NCBI GenBank assembly: GCA_041615815.1 | Contig: JBFJCP010000001.1 | Location: forward strand, 192,001-256,000 | Direction of reading: 5' to 3' | Source of the DNA: Gemmatimonadales bacterium | Lineage (GTDB): Bacteria > Gemmatimonadota > Gemmatimonadetes > Gemmatimonadales > GWC2-71-9 | DNA: 64,000 nucleotides | Shown here: one piece after another, positions 36,752-46,870 of the stretch | How positions within the stretch are numbered: the stretch's first letter is position 1 | How the letters are laid out: each line of letters starts with the position of its first letter | The notes under the pieces: generated by a model | What the model was told of the DNA's origin: nothing | The model's database searches: none | What the model saw: only the letters and a program-made list of their open reading frames with translations | Program-made: the position numbers and the translations under genes

Positions 36752-38762
36752 CCTCCTCCTGCTCGCGAGCGCCGCGCCCACGGCTACCGCCCAAGACGCG
36801 GCGGTGGTGGACGCGGTGGCAGCGATCCTCGCGACCGAGGACGCCCGCCGGTACGATCGCGTCGTACTCGAACAGGGCGCACGACACGAAGCCCCTGTCA
36901 TTCGGCGCCGCGCGGTCCTCGCCATGGCCCGTATCGGTGACCGCCTTGCCGTCCCGACCCTCTTGACCCTCCTCGCGGATCCGGACAGCACGATCCGTCA
37001 AGACGCCGCGTTTGCACTGGGCCAGCTCGCTGATCCGGCCGCGGTTGCGCGCTTGCGGGAACTAGTGCTGGCCACTCCCACCCCCGATCATACACAGCTG
37101 CACGCGGAAGCCGTGTCCGCGCTCGTGCGGATTGGGGGTTCCGACGCGGCCAACATTCTGAGTGAGCTCATGACACGCTCTGGCACGGCAGGGTCGGCGA
37201 GCCCGCTCGCTCCGTCGCTCACTCGCGCGCGGCGCGAGGCGTGGCGCCTCCACTCCCACGCCCCCATCGCGATTCTCACCCAAATGGCGCAATCGGCCCT
37301 CCCCACCGTGCGGCACGCCGCCGTGTATTCGCTGGCCAGGCTGCGTCATCCGCAATCGTTACCAGTGCTGGTTCGAGCCACCGACGATCCCGATCCGGCC
37401 ATCCGCGCGCTCGCGGCTCGCGCCCTCGTCAAGCGCACAGCCGACTCCGCGGGTCAGGATCCCCGTGACCTCGCCGAGCGCGTCCGCAGGCTGGTGGACG
37501 ATCCGGACCCCACCGTCAGGATCCAAGCACTCCGCGCGCTGGCGACGTACGAGAGTCCGCAATTCGGCCGCACCGCGCAGGACGCCACCGCTGACGCCAA
37601 CCTGCACGTCCGCCTGCAGGCGCTGGCGACCGTCGGCGTCTTGGGCGGGCCGGACGCCGCTCGCGTGGCACGCGAGTACACGCAAGCCGGTCCGTTCGCG
37701 CTCCGGTATCGAGCCCTGCTCAGCCTGGCGCAACTCGATGGTCGGGAGGGGCGCGAGCGTGCCCTCACGTGGGTGCGGGACCCGGCCTGGTTTCGCCGAG
37801 CGGCGGCGGCCGAAGCGTTGGGATTGGCTGGTGGAGATACCGCGTTACTGTGGCTCGAGCGACTCGTCGAGGACCCGGACGGCCGCGTGGCGGCCCAGGC
37901 GTTCGCAGTCCTGCGGCAGGCAGACGCCACCCGGGCCTCGTCGCTCGCGCGTGCAATGCTAGTCCACCCCGATCCCGTCGTCCGCACGTTCGCAGCCGAG
38001 CACCTCGCCTCCGACCCCAACCGGTCCGATGTCGATCGCCTGGTGGACGCGTATGGCCGGGCGCGCGACGATACAATCCCTGACGCGAGGATGGCCGCCG
38101 TCGCGGCACTGGGGTCCATCGCAGCCGAGGGACTCGCGGCACGCGTGGCCGTCCAGGAAGCGCTGTTTGGCCGATTCCCACGCAGCGACGATTACCTGGT
38201 GCGACGCGTTGCGGCGGAAGCCATACCCGATGCGGAAAGCCGCTGGGGACCCGTTGCCCCGATGGCGACGGGGCGGGAGATCGGCGACTATCGGGAGATC
38301 GCCCGCCGGCTCGTGCTGCCGGCTGCGCGGGGAGAACCGCTCCCAACGGTGACGGTCGAAACGGAGCGAGGCCGCCTCGTCATCGAGCTCTTTGCCCACG
38401 AGGCACCGATGACCGTCAATGCCATCCTGCGGCTCGTTGACCGTCGATTCTACGACGGGCTCACGGTGCATCGCCTCGTTCCGGGTTTCGTGCTGCAAAC
38501 GGGCGATCCCAGAGGCGACGGGTGGGGCGGACCGGGCTTCACGCTCCGAGACGAGGTGAGTCGCCGGCCGTACGAGCGCGCAACGGTCGGGATGGCGCTG
38601 TTCGGTCCCGACACCGGCGGCAGCCAGTTCTTCGTGACCCTCGTGGAACAGCCGCATTTGGAGCGGACCTACCCCGTGGTCGGTCGCGTCGTCGACGGCG
38701 TAGACGTGCTGGAACGCATCCTCCCAGGAGATCGCATTCGGACCGTGCGGAGGGGACGATGA
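36681..38762 (+). CDS. Exported HEAT-repeat protein fused to cyclophilin-type PPIase
   Basis: Many HEAT repeats; HRLVPGFVLQTGDP and DTGGSQFF motifs; start uncertain (overlaps upstream gene). Confidence 0.85.
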   Translation: MLSPACPAKFAIGSFPFPIRFACSLLLLASAAPTATAQDAAVVDAVAAILATEDARRYDRVVLEQGARHEAPVIRRRAVLAMARIGDRLAVPTLLTLLADPDSTIRQDAAFALGQLADPAAVARLRELVLATPTPDHTQLHAEAVSALVRIGGSDAANILSELMTRSGTAGSASPLAPSLTRARREAWRLHSHAPIAILTQMAQSALPTVRHAAVYSLARLRHPQSLPVLVRATDDPDPAIRALAARALVKRTADSAGQDPRDLAERVRRLVDDPDPTVRIQALRALATYESPQFGRTAQDATADANLHVRLQALATVGVLGGPDAARVAREYTQAGPFALRYRALLSLAQLDGREGRERALTWVRDPAWFRRAAAAEALGLAGGDTALLWLERLVEDPDGRVAAQAFAVLRQADATRASSLARAMLVHPDPVVRTFAAEHLASDPNRSDVDRLVDAYGRARDDTIPDARMAAVAALGSIAAEGLAARVAVQEALFGRFPRSDDYLVRRVAAEAIPDAESRWGPVAPMATGREIGDYREIARRLVLPAARGEPLPTVTVETERGRLVIELFAHEAPMTVNAILRLVDRRFYDGLTVHRLVPGFVLQTGDPRGDGWGGPGFTLRDEVSRRPYERATVGMALFGPDTGGSQFFVTLVEQPHLERTYPVVGRVVDGVDVLERILPGDRIRTVRRGR

Positions 38763-41590
38763 GACGCCGGTGGATTGCGCTGCCCGGGTGCTGCCTGTGG
38801 CTCACCTTCGCCGCGCCCCCGGCCCGGGCGCAAATCGACTATTTCGGACAGAACAAGGTGCACTACCGCAACTTCCAGTGGCGGGTCCTGCGGGGTGCAC
38901 ATGTGGATTTGTATTACTACGCCGAGGAGTCCGAGCTCGCGCGCGCGGCGTTGGAAGCCGCCGAACGCACCGTTCGAGAGCTCGAATGGAAGTTCGGACA
39001 CACGCCGACCGCTCGGATCCCGCTCATCGTGTACGCGTCTCATGCCCATTTCGAGCAGACCAACCTCGTGCCATTCGTCCCGCCCGAGGGGCTGCTGGGC
39101 GTCACTGAGTTCTTACGGCGGCGGGTCACGCTCCCATTCAACGGGAACTACGCCCAGTTCCGGCACACGCTGCAGCACGAACTCGTTCACGCCTTTCAGC
39201 TGAGTCTCCTTGCCGAGACGTATCGGCGGCACCCCAGGGGGCGGCGACCCCGTATTCCCCTCTGGTGGAGCGAGGGGCTCGCCGAGCTGTGGTCTGGTGG
39301 TGAGGACACCCGAGACGACATGCTGCTCAGAGAGCTCACGATCGCGGGGCGCCTCCCAACGCTCGAGCAGTTGACCTACACCGTGAGCGGGGTGGTGTAT
39401 CCCTTGGGAGGCGCCATTCACCGGTGGCTGGCCGAGCGCTTCGGTGAATGGCGGGTGGCGGTCTTCTATCGGGACCTGTGGAAATACCGGACGTTTGCCG
39501 AGGCATTGGAGGACGTCTATGGGGTGCCGCTCGACGAGATCGAGAACGCGCTTCGCTACGACTTCCGACGCCGGTATTTCCCAACGGTCACCGAGCGACG
39601 TCCATTGGACGTGAGCGCCGAACGTCTCGTCGAGCGCGGGAGTCGTCCCGTCGCCTATGGACTCGCCGGCGACTCAACAACGCGCATTCTGTTCCTATCG
39701 GGTCGTACTGGCGCGGTCACCATCTACTCGACGCCGCGGGACCCATCTGATCGGCCCAACGTGGTGCTCCGCGGTGAGCGCTCGGCCGAGTTCGAGTCGC
39801 TCCATCCCCTTGCCTCTCGGTTGGACGTCCGCGGGGGTGTAGCCGTCTTCTCCAGCAAATACCACGAGCGGGACGCGTTGTTTTTTTGGGATCTCGCGCA
39901 GGAACGCGTCGTCGGACGCTACCAGTTCCCCGAGCTGGTGTCGATACGCTCCCCCTCGTGGGCGCCGGACGGTGAAAGCGTCGTCATGAGCGGACTTTCC
40001 CGCGCCGGGTACGCGGACCTCTACCGGGTCCAGCTGCCCCATGGTCACCTCGAGCGCTTGACCGCGGACCGATACGACGATCGCGATCCCAGTATCAGCC
40101 CAGACGGCACGACGGTAGTGTTCGCGTCCGATCGGACGCTTTTTGGATCCGGCGGCGCGTTGAATCTCTGCCTCCTGGACCTCGCGTCCCGGACGGTGCG
40201 GCCCCTCACGTTCGGACCGTGGCGCGACGAAAGCCCGCGGTGGGGAGACAACGGTCGTATCTACTTCACGTCCGATCGTGCGGGCGTGTTCGATATCTAC
40301 TCCGTCGACTCGGTCGGAATGGGACGTCGAGAAACGGTGACATTGACCGGAGCATTCGACCCCCAGTGGCTGTCCGACACACAGGAGCTGCTGTTCTCTG
40401 GCTGGGCGGGCTCGTCGTTCCACGTGTACCGGTCCCGCGCCGATGCTGTGCCCTCTGCCCCGACATTCGAACTGCCCGATTCGGCCCGCTTAGGCTGGGC
40501 ATGGCCGGAGCTGACGCAGCCCCTGGCGTTTGAGCTGGAGCCGGTGCCATACGAGCGCCGCCTCAGTTTGGACGTCGTCGCGGGGGATGCACTCGTGGCG
40601 CCGGGTCTCGGCACGGCCCAAGGAGCGCTCTTTCTGTTTTCGGATCTCCTGGGCGATCACCTCGCGCTGGTGAGTGCCACGACGTTTCAGGGAGAAGGGT
40701 TTGGAGGGTTGATCGACAACCTCAACGGGCAAGTGTTCTACCTCAACCAGAAGCGCCGACTCAATTGGGGTGCAGGTGCTTTCCGTCTGCGGGGCCTGTT
40801 TCTCGAAGGCGATCTCAGCACGGTGTACGAGGAGACCGCCTGGGGCGGGTTTGGCGTCGTCCGCTGGCCGTTTTCGCGCTACGAGCGGATCGAGGGACAG
40901 CTCCGCTTTGAGCGCTCCGATCGGTTCGATCGCCTGTCGAATGATGTGGGGGAGGAGCGCCGGGTGGGCTGGCTCGCGTCCAATTTCCTGAGTTATGTGT
41001 CCGACAATTCCCTGTGGGTTCCCACGGGACCGATCGACGGTCATCGCATCAATCTGACAGCGGGTGTCACCAACGACCTTACGAACGGTCGTTTCGATGC
41101 CTGGACCCTTTCCATCGATCATCGGCGATATCTGCGGCTCGGCGTCCGGTCTGCCTTTGCACTCCGCACGTTCGGCTATGTGACGGGGGGAGCGCATCCG
41201 CGCCGTATCTCGATCGGGGGAACGTGGGGCCTCCGCGGGTACCCGCGCATCGGACGCATCACGGGAACGCGCGCATTCTTGATCAACAATGAGGTACGAT
41301 TTCCTCTCACCGACTTTCTCGCGATCCGGTTTCCGATCGGTGAGCTCCGGCTTCCCGGGATGGAAGGGGCACTGTTCGCCGATCTCGGTGGCGCGTGGAC
41401 TGACGCCTCCACCGATCGCGGGGCGCTCGGCAGCGCCGGGCTCGGCGTGCGCATGCCCATTGGTTTTCCGCTCGTGTTGCGACTCGATGTCGGCTGGCGT
41501 TTTGCACTGGGCGAAACGCGCGGGTATGGGCTAGCTTCGAACGCGATCGGGGGTAGATTCGTAGACTTCTTTTTTGGATTTAACTACTGA
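38759..41590 (+). CDS. Zinc-peptidase / PD40 beta-propeller / Omp85-like barrel outer-membrane protein
   Basis: Signal peptide; FGQNKV; HELVH plus EGLAE; P.WAPDG / P.ISPDG repeats; LRGY motif; C-terminal FFGFNY. Confidence 0.82.
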   Translation: MRRRWIALPGCCLWLTFAAPPARAQIDYFGQNKVHYRNFQWRVLRGAHVDLYYYAEESELARAALEAAERTVRELEWKFGHTPTARIPLIVYASHAHFEQTNLVPFVPPEGLLGVTEFLRRRVTLPFNGNYAQFRHTLQHELVHAFQLSLLAETYRRHPRGRRPRIPLWWSEGLAELWSGGEDTRDDMLLRELTIAGRLPTLEQLTYTVSGVVYPLGGAIHRWLAERFGEWRVAVFYRDLWKYRTFAEALEDVYGVPLDEIENALRYDFRRRYFPTVTERRPLDVSAERLVERGSRPVAYGLAGDSTTRILFLSGRTGAVTIYSTPRDPSDRPNVVLRGERSAEFESLHPLASRLDVRGGVAVFSSKYHERDALFFWDLAQERVVGRYQFPELVSIRSPSWAPDGESVVMSGLSRAGYADLYRVQLPHGHLERLTADRYDDRDPSISPDGTTVVFASDRTLFGSGGALNLCLLDLASRTVRPLTFGPWRDESPRWGDNGRIYFTSDRAGVFDIYSVDSVGMGRRETVTLTGAFDPQWLSDTQELLFSGWAGSSFHVYRSRADAVPSAPTFELPDSARLGWAWPELTQPLAFELEPVPYERRLSLDVVAGDALVAPGLGTAQGALFLFSDLLGDHLALVSATTFQGEGFGGLIDNLNGQVFYLNQKRRLNWGAGAFRLRGLFLEGDLSTVYEETAWGGFGVVRWPFSRYERIEGQLRFERSDRFDRLSNDVGEERRVGWLASNFLSYVSDNSLWVPTGPIDGHRINLTAGVTNDLTNGRFDAWTLSIDHRRYLRLGVRSAFALRTFGYVTGGAHPRRISIGGTWGLRGYPRIGRITGTRAFLINNEVRFPLTDFLAIRFPIGELRLPGMEGALFADLGGAWTDASTDRGALGSAGLGVRMPIGFPLVLRLDVGWRFALGETRGYGLASNAIGGRFVDFFFGFNY

Positions 41591-42303
41591 TGAGACAACG
41601 GTTTGCGCTTGACCGCATCGTCCGAGCCCCGTATGTTCTCGTGCTCGGAGCCCTCCTCGTGGCTGGGCTCGGCTGTCGGGCCGGGGTGTCGCCCATCGCC
41701 CCAGTGGACATGCCGGTGCTGGCGCGAGAGGTCGCCGTCGCCTGGGTCGACTCGCTGGTCCCGGCGGCGCCGATGCGATTCGACGTACGGTGGACCGTGG
41801 AAACCCAAAAAGGACATGTGCGGGGCCGGGCGTCCGCACGGGTCGTGCCCCCCGACTCGCTCCGGTTCGATTACCGGGCACCCTTCGGGCGGTCCGGGGC
41901 AGCCGTCCTGATCGGGGACTCACTCGTGTGGGCGAAGCCCGAGGACCGCAACCCCGTGCCGCCGGCCCCGCTGTTTTGGGCGGCGCTGGGAATCGCGCTC
42001 CACCCGCCGGCCGGCGGGGCCATCACCGGTCGAGCCCTGACGACCGAGCGGGCGTGGCGCTACGCACATGGACCGGACACGTTGACCTACGTCGTGGCGC
42101 TTTCGGGGAGCCGTCGCCTTCGTGCTTTGTTCCGCCGAGAGGGGGAAGTGGTTGGCACCGTGGAAACGGCATTCGAAGACGGGGCGCCCATTCCCAAGGA
42201 CGCCAAGGTGGTGTTTCCCAGCTCTGGTGCGCTCTTTCTCATGACGATCCAAACCGTCGAGTCGCTCACGTCGGTGGATTCCACTATCTGGGCGGAACCG
42301 TAA
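41590..42303 (+). CDS. Hypothetical lipoprotein (possibly LolA/LolB-like beta fold)
   Basis: GLGC lipobox; 'PDSLRFD...PFG' motif; beta-rich. Confidence 0.6.
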   Translation: MRQRFALDRIVRAPYVLVLGALLVAGLGCRAGVSPIAPVDMPVLAREVAVAWVDSLVPAAPMRFDVRWTVETQKGHVRGRASARVVPPDSLRFDYRAPFGRSGAAVLIGDSLVWAKPEDRNPVPPAPLFWAALGIALHPPAGGAITGRALTTERAWRYAHGPDTLTYVVALSGSRRLRALFRREGEVVGTVETAFEDGAPIPKDAKVVFPSSGALFLMTIQTVESLTSVDSTIWAEP

Positions 42304-42304
42304 G

Positions 42305-42799
42305 GTGCGTTTGGCGATCGTGGTGCTGACCCTCGTGACGAGCACGGGATGCCTGTACGGCTTTGCCGGCGGTGGACTTCCCAGCCACGTGCGGACCGTC
42401 GCCATCCTGCCGTTCGACAATCAGACCGCCGAACCCACGCTGACACAGGAGGTGTTCGACGCGATTCGGGAGGCCATGGAGGGTCGGTTGGGACTGCGTT
42501 CGGCTGCGGAGACGGACGCCGACGCGATCGTGCGGGGAACCATCGTGCGGTATCAACCGGATATTCCGCTTTCGTTCCGAGCGGGGCAAACCGCAGGCGC
42601 GGTGTCGGTCACGCGACGGCGGATCCAGCTCACGATCAACGTCGAGATCTTCGACCAGCGGGAAGGACGTGCCCTCTGGGAGCGTTCGGGGCTCACGATC
42701 GATGGCGAGTACGATCCTCCGAACGAGAGCGAGGGCAGGGAAGTGGCCTTGGAGAAGCTGGTGTCCGACATCGTCGACGGAGCACAATCGCAATGGTGA
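42305..42799 (+). CDS. LptE-family lipoprotein
   Basis: TGC-LYGF lipobox, TVAILPFDNQT and ADAIVRGTI motifs; C-terminal helix ending in W. Confidence 0.75.
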   Translation: MRLAIVVLTLVTSTGCLYGFAGGGLPSHVRTVAILPFDNQTAEPTLTQEVFDAIREAMEGRLGLRSAAETDADAIVRGTIVRYQPDIPLSFRAGQTAGAVSVTRRRIQLTINVEIFDQREGRALWERSGLTIDGEYDPPNESEGREVALEKLVSDIVDGAQSQW

Positions 42800-43164
42800 C
42801 CGCGCGTTGGGCTACTCGCGACGGCAAGTCTCGCATCGGTTGCTTGCTGACGATCCTCATGCTGATACTGATCGTCTACACCGGCGTCAACGTGGGACAG
42901 GTCTACTATCGCTATTGGATGGTCTTGGACGAGATGAAGACCCAGGCCCGGATGGCTCCAGGTCTCACCGACGATGTGATTCGGCGGCGCGTGCTTCAAC
43001 GCATCGAAGAACTCGAGCTGCCCTCGGAAGCGCGCACGATCCGCATCCGTCGAACGGCGCGACCCAGGGAAATCTTCATTGGCACCTCGTGGCAAGACAC
43101 CCTGATCTTTCCTCTATATAAGCACCCCATCCGGCTCGCCCCGGAAGCCCGGCAACCTCTGTGA
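42793..43164 (+). CDS. Single-TM hypothetical protein (pilin-like N-terminus)
   Basis: G.SRIGCLL followed by a TM helix; small soluble domain. Confidence 0.55.
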   Translation: MVTARWATRDGKSRIGCLLTILMLILIVYTGVNVGQVYYRYWMVLDEMKTQARMAPGLTDDVIRRRVLQRIEELELPSEARTIRIRRTARPREIFIGTSWQDTLIFPLYKHPIRLAPEARQPL

Positions 43165-43177
43165 GCACCCGACACCC

Positions 43178-44572
43178 GTGAGACGCACGGTCACGGCACT
43201 CGTGTGCCTCATGTTGGCCGTACCAGCCGCGCTGTGGAGCGCGGAGGCGGCCGATTCGGGTCATTCCCTCGTGGTGCGGCTGTTTTTCGTGTTTGCCGTC
43301 ATGCTCATTGCCGGCAAGCTCTCTGGCGAACTCTTCGAACGCATTGGCCAACCCGCGGTGCTGGGAGAGTTGATCGCCGGAGTCATCCTCGGCGGAAGCC
43401 TCCTCGGCATCATTCCCACCTCACCGGACGACCCGCTCACCGAGATCGTCAAGCTGCTGGCCGAAGTCGGCGTGGTCATCCTGCTCTTCGAGATCGGTTT
43501 GGAAACCGACCTCAAGGCGATGTTCAGGGTGGGCCCGGGCGCCTCCACCGTGGCGCTCGTGGGCATTGTGCTGCCCATGCTTGGGGGAGCGCTGTTCTGG
43601 ATATCCCCCCTGGCGAAGGCTGAGTTCAGTACGGCGGGCGCCTCCACCACCGCGATCTTCCTGGGGGCCGCACTCACGGCCACGTCGGTGGGCATCACGG
43701 CGAGGGTGCTGCAGGACCTGAACGTCATGCGCTCGGTCGAATCCCGTCTGATCATCGGGGCGGCGGTGATCGATGACGTGCTGGGACTGGTGCTGCTCGG
43801 GCTCGTATCCTCGCTCGCCGCCGGGCAGGCTGTGACCGTGCTGAGCGTGGCCGGCAACCTTGGCGTGGCCATCGGGTTTCTGGTCGTGGCTGTCGGCATC
43901 GGGCTCGTGGTCGCGCCGCGGCTCTTCGACGTGTTGGACCGCATGCGTGTTCGCGGGGTGATGTTGGTGTCGGGTTTCGCGTTCGTGCTGGTCCTGTCCG
44001 CCCTGGCGGACGTCGTGGGTTCGGCGATGATCATCGGCGCCTTTGCCGCCGGCGTCATTCTCTCGGGAACCAATCAGTTCGACGTGATTGCCGAGCGGAT
44101 CAAGCCCGTGGCCGATATCTTTACGCCCGTCTTTTTTCTCAGTATCGGCGCCGAGCTGAATGTGGCGCTGCTCAACCCGCTCAATCCCGAGAACCTCCCG
44201 GTGCTCGCTGTGGGGTTTTCGCTCCTGATCATCGCGATCATCGGGAAGCTGGCGGCCGGGTGGGCCGTGCCGTGGCGGAAGTTCAACAAGGTGGCGGTCG
44301 GCGTTGGCATGATGCCTCGGGGCGAGGTGGGCCTCATCTTCGCGAATATCGGGCTCGTGACGGGCGTGCTCACGCCCGAGCTCTTCGGCGCCATCATCAT
44401 CATGGTGATTGGGACCACGTTCATGGCTCCGCCGCTGCTCAAATGGAGCTTCGGAAGATGGGGGGTGACGCAGCCCGATGAGGCGGCACCACAGAAACTC
44501 GACCCCCCCCCGACCCCCACCACGCCGACGCACCCGACCGCCGACTCGAGCGATGACCAAGCCGCGTCCTGA
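43178..44572 (+). CDS. Cation:proton antiporter (CPA2 family)
   Basis: LGELIAG, GLETD, ATSVGIT, AAVIDD and MMPRGEV motifs; many TM helices. Confidence 0.92.
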   Translation: MRRTVTALVCLMLAVPAALWSAEAADSGHSLVVRLFFVFAVMLIAGKLSGELFERIGQPAVLGELIAGVILGGSLLGIIPTSPDDPLTEIVKLLAEVGVVILLFEIGLETDLKAMFRVGPGASTVALVGIVLPMLGGALFWISPLAKAEFSTAGASTTAIFLGAALTATSVGITARVLQDLNVMRSVESRLIIGAAVIDDVLGLVLLGLVSSLAAGQAVTVLSVAGNLGVAIGFLVVAVGIGLVVAPRLFDVLDRMRVRGVMLVSGFAFVLVLSALADVVGSAMIIGAFAAGVILSGTNQFDVIAERIKPVADIFTPVFFLSIGAELNVALLNPLNPENLPVLAVGFSLLIIAIIGKLAAGWAVPWRKFNKVAVGVGMMPRGEVGLIFANIGLVTGVLTPELFGAIIIMVIGTTFMAPPLLKWSFGRWGVTQPDEAAPQKLDPPPTPTTPTHPTADSSDDQAAS

Positions 44573-45266
44573 CGGCCGCCACGCCGGCGAGCTGCGCCCA
44601 GTGGTGCTGGAGCGACGGGCCAACCCGTATGCGGAAGGGTCGTGTCTCGTCCGCATGGGTGGAACCCTGGTGTTGTGTACGGCGAGTGTGGTACAAGGCG
44701 TGCCGCCGTGGCGCCGGGACGCGGGGCTCGGTTGGCTCACCGCCGAGTACGCCATGCTTCCGCGGGCCACGACCGAGCGCACGTCGCGGGAGCGTGGGCG
44801 TATTGGAGGACGGACAGCTGAGATTCAACGACTCATCGGCCGGAGCCTGCGGGCCGCCCTGGAAACTTTTGCGTTCGGGTTGTTCACGATTCATATCGAT
44901 TGCGACGTGCTCCAGGCAGACGGTGGAACCCGCACCGCGGCCATCACGGGTGGTGCGGTGGCGCTGGCCGATGCGTGCGCCTGGCTCGAGCGCCACCATG
45001 GCACCAATCCGTTCGGTCGCCTCGTCGCCGGTGTCTCCGTGGGAATCGTGGAGGGTGAGCCACGACTCGACCTTGCCTATGCCGAGGACAGCGCGGCCGA
45101 GGTGGACGGTAACGTGGTGATGGCGCATCCGGACCGCTACGTGGAGGTCCAGAGCACCGCGGAAGCGGGGGTGTTTGGGCAGGATGCGCTGGACCGCATG
45201 TTGCAGCTCGCCGGCTCCGGGCTGCTGCAACTCTTCGCCGAGCAGCAACGCGCGCTCGAGGGATGA
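44553..45266 (+). CDS. rph: Ribonuclease PH
   Basis: RPDGR, EYAMLP, EIQRLIGRSLR and QADGGTRTA motifs. Confidence 0.96.
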   Translation: MTKPRPDGRHAGELRPVVLERRANPYAEGSCLVRMGGTLVLCTASVVQGVPPWRRDAGLGWLTAEYAMLPRATTERTSRERGRIGGRTAEIQRLIGRSLRAALETFAFGLFTIHIDCDVLQADGGTRTAAITGGAVALADACAWLERHHGTNPFGRLVAGVSVGIVEGEPRLDLAYAEDSAAEVDGNVVMAHPDRYVEVQSTAEAGVFGQDALDRMLQLAGSGLLQLFAEQQRALEG

Positions 45267-45895
45267 GTCACCAGCTCCTCGTTGCCACACGAAATCCCGG
45301 GAAAGAACGTGAGATCCGGGCCATTCTCGCCGATGTGGGTCACCAGATCGTCTTCCCCAATGACCTGCAGCTCATCGAACGACGGGAGGAGGCCAATCTC
45401 GAGCTCGCCGAGACGTTCCAAGGCAACGCGCGACGCAAGGCCGAATATTTTGCGCGACGAACGGGGCTGCCGACGGCCGCTGACGATTCCGGACTCGAGG
45501 TCTACGCGCTGGGCGGACTTCCCGGCGTCCGCTCCCGCCGGTTCGCCATGCACGACGGGCCACCTGAGGAGCAGGACGCCGCCAACAACGCCGAGCTCAT
45601 GCGGCGCCTCTCCGGCCTCCCCCGGGAAAAACGGCGCGCCCGCTACCGCTGCGTCGTGGCGTTTCTCCCCCGACCCGATGCACCGCCCATGACGTTCGAG
45701 GGAAGCTGCACCGGTCACATTCTCGAGCAGCCCAAAGGGGACGGCGGCTTTGGCTACGACCCGCTGTTTTGGTCTGACGACCTGGAACTCTCCTTCGGTG
45801 AAGCGCCGCCGGACGAGAAGGACGCGGTGAGCCACCGGGGCAAGGCATTCCGCGCGCTGGCCGCATGGTTGAGGGAGAAGAGCCAGGGGCGGTAG
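45263..45895 (+). CDS. rdgB: Non-canonical purine NTP pyrophosphatase
   Basis: ATRNPGK, DDSGL, GFGYDP and SHRGKA motifs; follows rph. Confidence 0.95.
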   Translation: MSHQLLVATRNPGKEREIRAILADVGHQIVFPNDLQLIERREEANLELAETFQGNARRKAEYFARRTGLPTAADDSGLEVYALGGLPGVRSRRFAMHDGPPEEQDAANNAELMRRLSGLPREKRRARYRCVVAFLPRPDAPPMTFEGSCTGHILEQPKGDGGFGYDPLFWSDDLELSFGEAPPDEKDAVSHRGKAFRALAAWLREKSQGR

Positions 45896-46080
45896 GCGGG
45901 AACGAGAGACACCACGGAACGCGAGGTGAGCCCGGTTGGTCACCCCGTAGTCGAAATCCGCGCGACGCCTCTACCTTTACCTATGTATGCGAGATTCCAC
46001 GCGGGACTCAGCCCTCCAGGCCAACGCGGACCTGCGGTATCAGTGCCCATCCCGCTCATCCCCCCTCACGGAGGTCCCCG

Positions 46081-46473
46081 ATGCATCGAGCGCTCGTCTG
46101 CACCAGCCTCGTCGTCTCCGTCACCTGCGCCTCGAGCACCCAAACCGGCGAGCCGCGCCCGAGCCGAAGCGTGATCACGGCCGATCAAGTTGCGGCGGAA
46201 GATCTTCAGGGAGCCACTGCTTGGGAGGTGGTTGAGCGGTTTCACAGCGATTGGCTCTTGGGCTCCCCCCCCACGTCCCCCAACGATCCCCCTAGGCTGT
46301 ACCCCGTCATTTATGTCGACGACATCCGCATGGGCGACCTCGAGACGCTGCGGACCGTGCCGGGGGGCGACATTCGGGACATTCGCCTCATTGCGCCCAG
46401 GGACGCCATCTTCCGCTACGGAGTGGGCCACGATGGCGGCATAATCGCCATACGCACCAAGCTGAAACACTAA
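46081..46473 (+). CDS. Stand-alone TonB-receptor plug-like lipoprotein (copy 1)
   Basis: SD GGAGGT; lipobox-like SVTC; PVIYVDD, DIRDIR and YG...GGIIAIRTK plug signature; no barrel. Confidence 0.72.
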   Translation: MHRALVCTSLVVSVTCASSTQTGEPRPSRSVITADQVAAEDLQGATAWEVVERFHSDWLLGSPPTSPNDPPRLYPVIYVDDIRMGDLETLRTVPGGDIRDIRLIAPRDAIFRYGVGHDGGIIAIRTKLKH

Positions 46474-46533
46474 TCTCCGTGGGGACTTGTGGTTACGGTA
46501 CCTCGCATATACATTCCGGCGGTTGGAAGCCGG

Positions 46534-46551
46534 TTCGAACGTACGTTCGAA
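46534..46551. promoter_or_regulatory. Perfect 18-bp palindrome, candidate operator (SOS-box-like)
   Basis: TTCGAACGTACGTTCGAA in the intergenic region upstream of susC1. Confidence 0.55.
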
Positions 46552-46870
46552 TAACCCGGTCGCCCGGGAACCGGCGACCTGACAACGAGTAGCATTGCCA
46601 GAGCCCTGCTTTGGGCACCGCGGGCGGTCCTTACCCTCCCAGTAGAGGCGTCGCGGTAACTGGTTCATTAAAGAGACAGCGAGGTCGCGACACCGGGATG
46701 ACCGGTGACGTTGGTTTGTGCTTATGACCCCATTCGTTTGGTGCGCGCTGTGGATACGCACCGCAATCAGCTCCCTCCCTTTCTCCCATTTCGGGGGTTC
46801 CGCCTATGATCCGTCCCATTGCTTTCGTTCGATTCTCTCTTTCGTCAACCCAACAGTGAGGATGCGACAC

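Noticed and set aside
46474..46870. Possible cobalamin or lysine riboswitch in the susC1 leader (GGGAA, GCCAGAG and AGTAGAGG fragments)
   Set aside because: Core conserved elements and their spacing are missing; an Infernal/Rfam scan would be needed to settle it
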